Shown here in pieces: positions 9,602-17,707 of a stretch of DNA of 64,000 nucleotides. Source of the DNA: Betaproteobacteria bacterium Ga0077532 (GTDB lineage Bacteria > Pseudomonadota > Gammaproteobacteria > Burkholderiales > Ga0077523); NCBI GenBank assembly GCA_001464895.1, contig LNEE01000040.1, positions 37,415 through 101,414 on the forward strand. The letters run 5' to 3'. The notes under the pieces were generated by a model that did not search any database, had not been told where the DNA came from, and worked only from the letters and a program-made list of their open reading frames with translations. Each line of letters opens with the position of its first letter. The first letter of the stretch is position 1. A program made the translations under genes and the position numbers.

Positions 9602-12177
9602 CCCGCCTCGTCGTCGAAGCCTGGTGGCCCCTCGTCGCGCTCGCTCTCGTGGTGCCGCTCGTCGTGTGGTTCGCGATGCGGTCGCTCTCGCCGCTCTCCG
9701 GCCGTCATCGGCTCCTGCTCGGCGGTGTCCGTTTCCTCGCGCTTGCGTGCGTGGCGGCTGCTTTGATGCGGCCGTCGTGGCTCGGCCAGAGCACGGACGT
9801 CTCGGTGATCTACGCGCTCGACGTCTCCAAGAGCGTGGACCCGGCCTTCATCGACGCCGCGATCCGCTGGATGGACAAGGCGCGGCTCGAGAATCCGACG
9901 GCGGGCGCGCGGTTCGTCGCGTTCGCCGACCGGCCGCGGTTCGTCGATTCGCCGGAGGCGATCCGCGCGGTGCCGCTCGCCACGCGCGCCGGGGCGTCCC
10001 CCGACGCACTGGATCCACTGGTCACCGATCTCGAACGCACGCTCGAATCGGTCGCGGGCGCCTTCGATCCGGAGGCGCTGAAACGTGTGGTGCTGATGAC
10101 CGACGGCAACGCGACGCGTGGCGACCCGTGGCGCGTGCTCGAACGATTGCGTGCGCGCGGCGTCCGCGTGTTCCCGGTGCCCGCGCTCGTGCGTCCTGGC
10201 AGCGATGTGTGGATCGCCGGCATCGACCTCCCGCCGGAACTGCGACGCGACGAGCCTGCACAGGTGGTCGTTCGCTTGCAGGCGCAAGCCGGCGCCCGGG
10301 CGACCGTCCGGCTGCTGCGTGGCACACGCGTATTGCAGTCCCAGACAACGAAGCTCGTCGCAGGCGAGAACGCCGTGCGTTTCACCGTTCGCATCGCCGA
10401 CGAGGGTGCGACGTCCCTCACCGCGGAGGTGAGCGCCGAGGGTGACACGCTGCGCGACAACGATCGCCTCGTCGCCCCGGTGCGCGTGCAGGCGCGGCCG
10501 CGGGTGCTCTACGTGCAAGGCGATGCCGAGGCCGCGAAGACGCTCCGCGATGCGTTGGCGTCGAGCGGGTTCGACGTGCAGGTGGCGGCGCCGCAGGCGG
10601 TGCCCGAGGATGCGCGCGCGCTCGATGCCTTCGACGCAGTGGTGCTCGGCAACGTGCCAGCCACCGCCCTGGGGCCCGCGCGCATGGCCGCGCTCGCGAC
10701 GCACGTGCGCGACCAGGGCGGCGGTATCGTCTTCGCTTCGGGCCCCAACGTGTATGGCGACGCGGGCTACAAGGAGTCCGCACTCGAGAAGGTGCTCCCG
10801 GTGACTTTCGAGGCGCAGGAGAAGCGTCGCGATCTCGCGCTCGTGATCGTGCTCGACCGTTCGTACAGCATGAAGGGTCGCAAGCTCGATCTCGCGAAAG
10901 CGGCGACGCTCGGAGCGCTCGACCTCCTGGAGGAGGAGCATCGCTTCGCTGTGATCACGTTCGACTCGCAGCCGGAGATCACGGTGCCGCTTGCGCAGGT
11001 GCGCAGCAAACGCAAGGCCGAGGACCTCATCTCGCGCTTCACGGCGAGCGGGCAGACGAACATCTATCCCGCGCTGCAGATGGCGTATCGCATGCTGGTC
11101 GACGTGCCCGTCAAGGCGAAGCACGTGATCGTCCTTTCCGACGGGGACACCCAGCCCGCCGACTTCCAGCGCCTCGTGAAGCGCATGGCCGACGCGCAGA
11201 TCACGGTGAGTTCGGTGGCCATCGGCGGCGAGGCCGACAAGAAGCTGCTGGGCGACATCGCGAACTGGGGCCGGGGGCGGTTCCACTACGCCGAGACCGC
11301 CGATCGCGTGCCGCAGATCTTCATCGAGGAGACCCAGCGGCTGGTGAACGAGAGCGTCCGCGAGGAGCCGTTCCGCGTGGTCGTGAAGCGTCCTGCCGAG
11401 GCGCTGCGCGATATCGACTTCACGAAGGCGCCGATGTTGAAGGGCTACGCGAGCATCAAGCCCCGCGACCGCGCCGAGGTCTGGCTCGCGAGCGAGGCCG
11501 ACGCGCCGATCCTCGCGCGCTGGCAGGTGGGGCTGGGCAAGGCGGCCGTGTTCGCCTCCGACGCCGAGAACCGCTGGGCCGCCGACTGGCTTTCCTGGCC
11601 GGGCTACGGAAAGTTCTGGAGCCAGCTCGTGCGAGAGACCATGCGTCGACGGGTCCGCGAAGGCACGGGCTTCGAGGTCCGGACGCTTCCCGGCGGCGAC
11701 ACCCTGGTCGGTCTCACTCTGCTCACGCCCGAGGGAGCCTTCCGCAACGGCCTCGCGCCGCGGGTGCGGGTCACGCCCAAGGGGCGGCCGGCGCAGACGA
11801 TCGCGATGCGGCAGAGCGGTCCGGGGCGCTACGAACTGCGCTGGCCGTCCGACGGCACCTCCCGGGGCACCACGCGCTTCGAGTTGGCCGATGGCGTGCC
11901 GGCGGAGGTTCGCGCGGAGGCCGGCATCCGCGAGGTCGTCGACCCGTATCCCGAGGAGTACCGGCTGAAGCCCGTCGACCGGACCTTCCTCGAGGCCCTC
12001 GCGAAGCAGACCGGCGGCAAGCTCGCGCCCGAGCCGAAGGATGTCTTCGCGCCGCTGGGCGAGTCCGCGACGGTGCCGCGCGCCCTCTGGCCGTGGTTCG
12101 GCGCGGCGGCGCTTCTGCTCTACCTGCTGGATCTCCTGATCCGCCGGCTCCCCTGGCTGAGGCGGCGTCTGGGCTGA
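9598..12177 (+). CDS. large membrane protein with a von Willebrand factor A domain
   Basis: ATG overlaps the upstream stop (ATGA). N-terminal TM segments are present. The vWA domain has a MIDAS-like LVIVLDRSYSMKG ... GQTNIYPAL ... VIVLSDGDTQ. A C-terminal TM segment WPWFGAAALLLYLLDLLI is present. Confidence 0.8.
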   Translation: MTRLVVEAWWPLVALALVVPLVVWFAMRSLSPLSGRHRLLLGGVRFLALACVAAALMRPSWLGQSTDVSVIYALDVSKSVDPAFIDAAIRWMDKARLENPTAGARFVAFADRPRFVDSPEAIRAVPLATRAGASPDALDPLVTDLERTLESVAGAFDPEALKRVVLMTDGNATRGDPWRVLERLRARGVRVFPVPALVRPGSDVWIAGIDLPPELRRDEPAQVVVRLQAQAGARATVRLLRGTRVLQSQTTKLVAGENAVRFTVRIADEGATSLTAEVSAEGDTLRDNDRLVAPVRVQARPRVLYVQGDAEAAKTLRDALASSGFDVQVAAPQAVPEDARALDAFDAVVLGNVPATALGPARMAALATHVRDQGGGIVFASGPNVYGDAGYKESALEKVLPVTFEAQEKRRDLALVIVLDRSYSMKGRKLDLAKAATLGALDLLEEEHRFAVITFDSQPEITVPLAQVRSKRKAEDLISRFTASGQTNIYPALQMAYRMLVDVPVKAKHVIVLSDGDTQPADFQRLVKRMADAQITVSSVAIGGEADKKLLGDIANWGRGRFHYAETADRVPQIFIEETQRLVNESVREEPFRVVVKRPAEALRDIDFTKAPMLKGYASIKPRDRAEVWLASEADAPILARWQVGLGKAAVFASDAENRWAADWLSWPGYGKFWSQLVRETMRRRVREGTGFEVRTLPGGDTLVGLTLLTPEGAFRNGLAPRVRVTPKGRPAQTIAMRQSGPGRYELRWPSDGTSRGTTRFELADGVPAEVRAEAGIREVVDPYPEEYRLKPVDRTFLEALAKQTGGKLAPEPKDVFAPLGESATVPRALWPWFGAAALLLYLLDLLIRRLPWLRRRLG

Positions 12178-12484
12178 CGTTGTCGCGGCCTGCCGCTTCG
12201 CCCGTTTCGTGGCCCGTTTCGAAGCTCAAGGTTCCGGTCATCGCGCCGTGATGTGCGGGGCGGCCCTCGTCGAAACACCACCGTCTTCGGGTTGGATGCC
12301 AGGGTCGCGCAGAACGCCGACCTTCGTCTCCGATGCCATCGCCCCTTGCCCGCCCCTCGCAGCGGCGTTCCGCGGTGGTTCCGGACCGAGGCTTGCCGGA
12401 AATCGATATGCATCCCTGGGGCGGCCGGTGCCGCGTCGGGGAGTCCGCCCCGGAGATCCGCCCGTGCAACGCTCTTCCGCCGCC

Positions 12485-13057
12485 ATGTCCCGTCCGTCCG
12501 AAGTGCCACTCGACGACGGGGATGTCTTCGTCTCCAGGATCGAACCGCTGGCCGCGCTCTTCGGCATGCCGCTGTTCACCGATCTCGCGGAGGCGCGCTT
12601 CAGCGAGGCCCGGCGGCACGGCTTCATTGCGAGTCTGCTCTGCGTGGAACTGGACGATTTCGAGAGCATCCGGATGCGGCACGGCCGCCTCGTCGCGGAT
12701 GCTGCGATGCTCTCGGTTGCGGATCTGCTCCGCCTGTCATTGCGTCGGGAGGACATGGTCGCCCTCACCGGCGAGGCGACGTTCGTGGTCCTGCTCATGC
12801 ACTGCGACGGCGTGTCCGCGCACGCCAAGGCGGAGAGCCTGCGCCTCGCCATGACATCGATGGATCCCACCGGTACCGGACTCACCGTGAGCGCCGGCGT
12901 CGCCGCGGGTGTCCCGGGGCCGGGATTGCGGCTGGAGCTCTTGATGACACGCGCAACTGACGCCCTCGCGTCGGCCCGTGCGCGCGGAGGCGACTGCGTC
13001 GTGGTCGAGACGGCACCGTCGTTGACGCGGATCGAGCGGGCGGCGCCGACGCATTGA
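12485..13057 (+). CDS. stand-alone degenerate GGDEF-domain protein (A-site GEATF, RxxD I-site retained)
   Basis: ATG at 12485. GGDEF-fold landmarks are LLCVELDDFESIRMRHG, RREDMVALTGEATFVVLL and TVSAGVAAG. The longer 12209 start would add a Pro/Arg-rich leader. Confidence 0.7.
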   Translation: MSRPSEVPLDDGDVFVSRIEPLAALFGMPLFTDLAEARFSEARRHGFIASLLCVELDDFESIRMRHGRLVADAAMLSVADLLRLSLRREDMVALTGEATFVVLLMHCDGVSAHAKAESLRLAMTSMDPTGTGLTVSAGVAAGVPGPGLRLELLMTRATDALASARARGGDCVVVETAPSLTRIERAAPTH

Positions 13058-13080
13058 GGGGATGGGTGCGGAGGCTTGAC

Positions 13081-13330
13081 CGCGTGGAGTACGAACAAGG
13101 GGAGGGGCCCCTTGCGTATCACCCGTGGTGCGCATCCGCCGTGGCAACGGGCGCATGTTCTGTAGGAGGGGCCCATGGCCCCGAAAGCGGTCGATGCAAG
13201 GAAACGTTTCAACCGGAACCGACGCTTTCGCGGCCATGGGCCGCTCCTACAAACGCGTGGCCAGATCCCGATGTCAGTGGTGCATCCACGGGGGATACAC
13301 AAGGGGTCCTCCCCTTGTTCGTACTCCGCG
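13081..13330. repeat. about 250-bp nested palindromic element: outer inverted arms enclosing a family-1 REP pair (13160-13250)
   Basis: The left arm GCGTGGAGTACGAACAAGGGGAGGGGCCCCTTGCGTATCACCCGTGG.. is the near reverse complement of ..CCACGGGGGATACACAAGGGGTCCTCCCCTTGTTCGTACTCCGCGC. The inner arms are TGTAGGAGGGGCCCATGGCCCCGAAAGCG / CGCTTTCGCGGCCATGGGCCGCTCCTACA. Confidence 0.85.
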
Positions 13331-13428
13331 CGGCCAAGCCGCCGCGGGCCGTCAGGCCCGAGAGGCGGCCATGGGCCTCGCCGACAGGGTCGCGCCCCAT
13401 CGGGTGGGGTGGGTACGCCGTCCGGACC

Positions 13429-13460
13429 AAAAGAAAAGGCGCCCCTCGGGGCGCCTTTTT
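13429..13460 (-). terminator. rho-independent terminator of mscL (A-tract/T-tract on both sides, so possibly bidirectional)
   Basis: AAAAGAAAAGGCGCCCC-TCG-GGGGCGCCTTTTT lies 27 nt downstream of the mscL stop. Confidence 0.8.
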
Positions 13461-13486
13461 CGTTTCCGGGAACGATCCCGTGAACG

Positions 13487-13915
13487 CTACTTCTTCAAGC
13501 TGTCGCGGATCTCTCTCAGGAGGATGACGTCCTCCGGGGTCACCGGGGCCGGCGGAGCTTCGACCGGCGCTTCGCGCTTCAGGCGATTCATCTGCTTGAT
13601 CATCAAGAAGATCACGAAGGCGAGGATGATGAAATTGATGAGGATCGTGATGAAGCTGCCATAGGCGAAGACCGGAACGCCCGCCTTGCGCAGGGCGTCG
13701 AGCGTTTCCGCAGTGCCTGCTGGCGCATCGGCGAGCTTGAGGTACATGTTGCTGAAGTCGACATTGCCCACCACGCGCCCGACGATCGGCATGATGAGGT
13801 CGTTCACCGCAGAATCCACGATCTTGCCGAAGGCCCCGCCGATGATCACGCCGACGGCGAGATCCATCACGTTGCCCTTCATTGCGAATTCCTTGAACTC
13901 CGACGCGAAACTCAT
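13487..13915 (-). CDS. mscL: large-conductance mechanosensitive channel
   Basis: [37 protein letters not shown] is the classic MscL N-terminus. ATG at 13915. Confidence 0.9.
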   Translation of the reverse strand: MSFASEFKEFAMKGNVMDLAVGVIIGGAFGKIVDSAVNDLIMPIVGRVVGNVDFSNMYLKLADAPAGTAETLDALRKAGVPVFAYGSFITILINFIILAFVIFLMIKQMNRLKREAPVEAPPAPVTPEDVILLREIRDSLKK

Positions 13916-14101
13916 ATGGGCGCTCCCCTTGATCCGATGGTGCTGTTGGTCGTCATCCACCAGGCTTTCTAGGGTGGCCCGGATGGAAGTTGTCCCGGCG
14001 CACGGCTGGGGTGGCCAGGATCGGCCGGATACTAAGGGAAGGGGCTGTCGGCGTACATCCCGGAAGGGTTTCCCGTTGGGGCGCCACCGTCGGCCCGAAC
14101 C

Positions 14102-14746
14102 TCACCGGGGGAAGGGCTGGTCGTCGGACGGCGCCACCCTTCTTGCCTCGAGGAATCGCTGGCGCCAGTGTGGGGTGGCCAGTGATTCCAACCGGACGCC
14201 TCCACCGTGGGTCGCTGCATGTACGAACCGGCCATCCCCGGCGAAAATTCCCACGTGGAGAGCCGTCTTGCCGCGGGAGAAGAACACGAGGTCACCTGCC
14301 TGAAGTGCTTCCGTCGGAGGCAGCCGCCGCGTCGTCTCCCGTTGTTGGCCTGTGGCCCTCGGAAGCGAGAGGCCTGCGAGCTGATAGCTGTAACGAACGA
14401 GCCCGCTGCAATCAAAGCCCGACGGGCTTGTGCCGCCATAGCGGTAAGGACTGCCGATCAGGCCAAGGGCATGGGTGACGGCCTGGGCGCCCAGGCTCGG
14501 CAAGGGCGTAGGCGTTTCCCGCGGCGGCTGTTGCGCGTCGAACGGGGAGGTGCTGCCAATGGTGACGCCGGGCAAAGCGACGCCGATGCCGTCGTCTCGG
14601 GACCGGGCATCAGCGGCCATGGCCTTCTTGTCCGGCGTTGATGGCGCGTCCGTGCGGGGAGAGGGGGAGACTGCGCATCCCGACACGACGGCGATCCCCG
14701 CGAGGATCACGACGAACGGGCCCCCGCCGATCGATCCGAATCTCAC
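14102..14746 (-). CDS. NlpC/P60-family peptidoglycan endopeptidase lipoprotein
   Basis: GTG start overlaps the upstream stop (GTGA). Lipobox AVVSGC. Catalytic region GFDCSGLVRYSY ... ALHVGIF ... FVHA. Confidence 0.8.
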   Translation of the reverse strand: MRFGSIGGGPFVVILAGIAVVSGCAVSPSPRTDAPSTPDKKAMAADARSRDDGIGVALPGVTIGSTSPFDAQQPPRETPTPLPSLGAQAVTHALGLIGSPYRYGGTSPSGFDCSGLVRYSYQLAGLSLPRATGQQRETTRRLPPTEALQAGDLVFFSRGKTALHVGIFAGDGRFVHAATHGGGVRLESLATPHWRQRFLEARRVAPSDDQPFPR

Positions 14747-16053
14747 CGTCGCGATTCCACTCCGCACCAGCGTGCGAGAAAGAGGGCGAGGACGCGCGTG
14801 ACCTGCCGGGTGCTTTCGAGCGACACCGACTCGTCGATGCCGTGGATGAATGTCGCCTCGGGGCCGTAGCACGTGGCGGGCGTGGCGCCGTACAGGTTGA
14901 ACACCCGCGCATCGGTGGTGGCCGTGCTGGCGAGCCACGCGGGCGGTGACCCCATCACGCGCCCGTGCGATTCCGCGAGCAGGCGCATCATCGGCAGACC
15001 GCGGTCGAGGACGAAGCCCTCGGCGTGGAAGCCGCCGTAGGACACGCGGATCAGCGCCTCGCGGAGTTTCTCGTCTGCGGCGGCGACCTCCGCGATGCGC
15101 TCTTCGATGGCAGCCTTCGCCTCGGTCGCGGTCATCCCCGGATGGAATCCGGCGCGGATCCCCATCACGCAGCGGGTCGGGACCGACGACGCCCATTCGC
15201 CGCCCTCGATCTTTCCCAGATTGAAGTTGATGGGCCGCTCCTGGTGGGCGAAGGCCGCGTGGCGATGGTTGCATCGGGGGGCATTCCATTCGTCGCGGAG
15301 CGTCTCCAGGCCGCGGTACAGCGCGAAGGCGCATTCGATGGCGTTGATGCCGCGCCGCACGTCGAGTACGTGGGCCGGCTTGCCGAGCACCTCCACCTGG
15401 AGCCAGAGCACGCCCACCTGGGCGTCGAGGATCGAATGGTCGAAGGGTTCGGGGATCAGCGCGGCGTCGGCGCGATAGCCCCGGTGCAGGCAGGCCAGCG
15501 CGCCGTTGCCGGTGCACTCCTCCTCCACCACCGACTGGAGCCACACCGGGGCCGCGGGCTGGTACCCGATGCGGCGCAGCGCTTCGAACGCCGCGATGTA
15601 GGCAGCGATGCCCGCCTTCATGTCCCCGGCGCCGCGGCCGTACATGCGTCCGTCGCGGATGACGGGCTCGAAGGGCGGGGCGGTCCAGAGTGACTCAGCA
15701 CCCACGGGTACGACGTCGATATGCCCGTTCAGGATGAGCGACCGGCCGGTGGCGTCCCTCGGGCGATGCGCGCCGACGATGTTGTCCTGGCGCTGGCCGT
15801 GGCCGGTCGGCGGGGAGTAACCGGGCATCCCGCGGAGGTCCTCGTCGCGGACCTCGAAGCGGTCCACGGCGAGCCCCATGCCGCGGAACAGGCCCTCCAT
15901 GTAGTCCTGCGCTGACGCTTCATACCCCATCAGACTGGGGAAGCGGACCAGCGTCGCGAGATTCGCCTGGAGTTCGGGCTGCAGGGCATCGCATGCTTCG
16001 AGGAGGTCCTGCTCGAGCGCGGGATCCAGCGGTGGCGGGAGGTCGAGGGGCAT
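14743..16053 (-). CDS. M20-family metallopeptidase (ArgE/DapE/ACY1 type)
   Basis: ATG at 16053. Motifs: LNGHIDVVP, GRGAGDMKAG, SVVEEECTGNGA. The 105-aa N-terminal extension in the track lacks coding character. Confidence 0.85.
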   Translation of the reverse strand: MPLDLPPPLDPALEQDLLEACDALQPELQANLATLVRFPSLMGYEASAQDYMEGLFRGMGLAVDRFEVRDEDLRGMPGYSPPTGHGQRQDNIVGAHRPRDATGRSLILNGHIDVVPVGAESLWTAPPFEPVIRDGRMYGRGAGDMKAGIAAYIAAFEALRRIGYQPAAPVWLQSVVEEECTGNGALACLHRGYRADAALIPEPFDHSILDAQVGVLWLQVEVLGKPAHVLDVRRGINAIECAFALYRGLETLRDEWNAPRCNHRHAAFAHQERPINFNLGKIEGGEWASSVPTRCVMGIRAGFHPGMTATEAKAAIEERIAEVAAADEKLREALIRVSYGGFHAEGFVLDRGLPMMRLLAESHGRVMGSPPAWLASTATTDARVFNLYGATPATCYGPEATFIHGIDESVSLESTRQVTRVLALFLARWCGVESRR

Positions 16054-16360
16054 GGCGGGATTCCCTGGGGCAAGAAAGGCAGATCGGCCGGATTCTAACC
16101 GCCGGTTCCGCCGTGGCGCGGGGTCTGTGTTCCAGGCGACCGCATCGGCGGGACGCTCGATGCCCGGAACGGTGCCGATGTCGTGGGTACCGGGGAGGGT
16201 TCGACGCATTCGCGCGGTCGCGAAACGCGCAATGACCCCGGGCAACCACATCTTCGAACGCCTCCGGCCAAGCAGAGCCTGACCATGGCTCCATACGCCC
16301 GCGGCGCGATCCGTCATCGGCCGGGCGCCGACCGACACCGCATGGATGCGGTCCACCAAC

Positions 16361-16392
16361 GACAACGGGCGCCCCGCGGGGCGCCCGTTGTC
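16361..16392 (-). terminator. strong hairpin downstream of the OmpA-family gene
   Basis: GACAACGGGCGCCCC..GGGGCGCCCGTTGTC has 15-nt arms and lies 23 nt after the TAA at 16415-16417. There is no U-tract. Confidence 0.55.
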
Positions 16393-16414
16393 GCTTCCGG
16401 AACTGCGATCCGGA

Positions 16415-17557
16415 TTACTGGCCTTCGATGACCTGCAGCTCGACGCGGCGGTTCTTCGCCTTGCCTTCTGCGCTGGTGTTCGGCGCCACCGGCTTGTCGG
16501 AACCGTAGCCCTTGGCTGTCATGTTCGCGGAGGGCACGCCCTTCGCGGCCAGGTAGGCCAGGACCGATTCGGCACGGCGCTGGGACAGCGCGCGGTTGAT
16601 GGCTGCGGACCCGGAGGCGTCGGTGTGGCCGCTGATTTCCACCTTCACGCCGCTGGACCGGAGCTGCGCCGCCACGCCGTCGAGCATGCTAAGGGAGCCC
16701 GGCTTCAGCTTCGCGGAACCGCTTTCGAACGTCACGCCGGTCAGCACCATCGATGCGCCGGCGGTGGTGGGTACTTCCATCGAACCGGCAGTCGCACCCG
16801 CGGCCCCCGCACCCCCGCTCTTCGTCATCGGTGCAGCCATGACTTCGCAACCGGACGCGTCGACCTGCGCACCGGGTCGCGTGTCGGCGCAGCGGTCGAG
16901 GATGTCGGAGACACCGTCGTTGTCGCTGTCGACCGCGCAACCGTCACCCCCTGCCTTCACGCCAGCCGGCGTGCCCGGGCAGCGATCGCGGCTGTCGGAG
17001 ATGCCGTCGCCGTCGCTGTCCTTCTCGCAGCCGTTCGGCAGGACCGAGGCACCCGCTTCCGTGTTCGGGCAGAGGTCCGCGATGTCAGGCACGCCATCGG
17101 CGTCGGCATCGGCGACCGGGTTGCAGCCGTTCTCGTCCACCTTCGTTCCCATCGGGGTGGCCGCGCACTTGTCCATGCTGTCGGGCACGCCGTCGCCGTC
17201 GGTGTCGCCATCGATCGGGCAACCATTGGCGCCAACCTTCGTGTTCCCCGGGGTGTCGGCGCAGACGTCGACCTTGTCCGGCACGCCGTCACCGTCGGCA
17301 TCGGCCTGCGTCTTCTCGCGCTGATCGCATGCCCACCAGCCGAGCAGGCCGCCCGCGACGGCACCGATCGCCATCACTTCGCGGTTCTCAACGGCGCCGA
17401 CACCGCCGGCGAGCAGCGCGCCAGCGGCCGCGCATGCCATCGGGTTCTTGAAGGTGTCGCCGGTGGAGAGGTCCGGGGTCACGCTGTTGATGCTGGCGCA
17501 GCCGGTGGCCAGCACGGCCACGGCGCCCAACAGGGCTACTCGCTTGATCAAGCTCAC
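16415..17557 (-). CDS. OmpA-C-domain lipoprotein with a glycine-zipper segment and five thrombospondin type-3 (Ca-binding) repeats
   Basis: GTG at 17557 lies 8 nt after AAGGA. Lipobox LATGC. Five repeats of D.D.DG[VI][PS]D..D.C..T. C-terminal OmpA motif: ISGHTD..GS...N..LS.RRA.SV..YL ... NRRVEL. Confidence 0.85.
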   Translation of the reverse strand: MSLIKRVALLGAVAVLATGCASINSVTPDLSTGDTFKNPMACAAAGALLAGGVGAVENREVMAIGAVAGGLLGWWACDQREKTQADADGDGVPDKVDVCADTPGNTKVGANGCPIDGDTDGDGVPDSMDKCAATPMGTKVDENGCNPVADADADGVPDIADLCPNTEAGASVLPNGCEKDSDGDGISDSRDRCPGTPAGVKAGGDGCAVDSDNDGVSDILDRCADTRPGAQVDASGCEVMAAPMTKSGGAGAAGATAGSMEVPTTAGASMVLTGVTFESGSAKLKPGSLSMLDGVAAQLRSSGVKVEISGHTDASGSAAINRALSQRRAESVLAYLAAKGVPSANMTAKGYGSDKPVAPNTSAEGKAKNRRVELQVIEGQ

Positions 17558-17707
17558 GGTCTTGGTCCTTTGTTCATGGGGGAGGGGCGTGGAAACGCTA
17601 CCCACCCGATTATGGCCCGAATCCGGGGTCGATTGGCACCCGGGAACCCAAGGGAGTCTCTGATTCATTCGCGCGGTCGCGAACGGATCGGAGTCTCCGC
17701 AGACACC

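Noticed and set aside
14102-15544. A 480-aa ORF suggesting a much larger NlpC/P60 protein.
   Set aside because: The upstream 265 codons are out-of-frame overlap with the M20 peptidase gene and are Arg/Pro-rich. A GTG start with a lipobox at 14746, overlapping the M20 stop, explains the gene.
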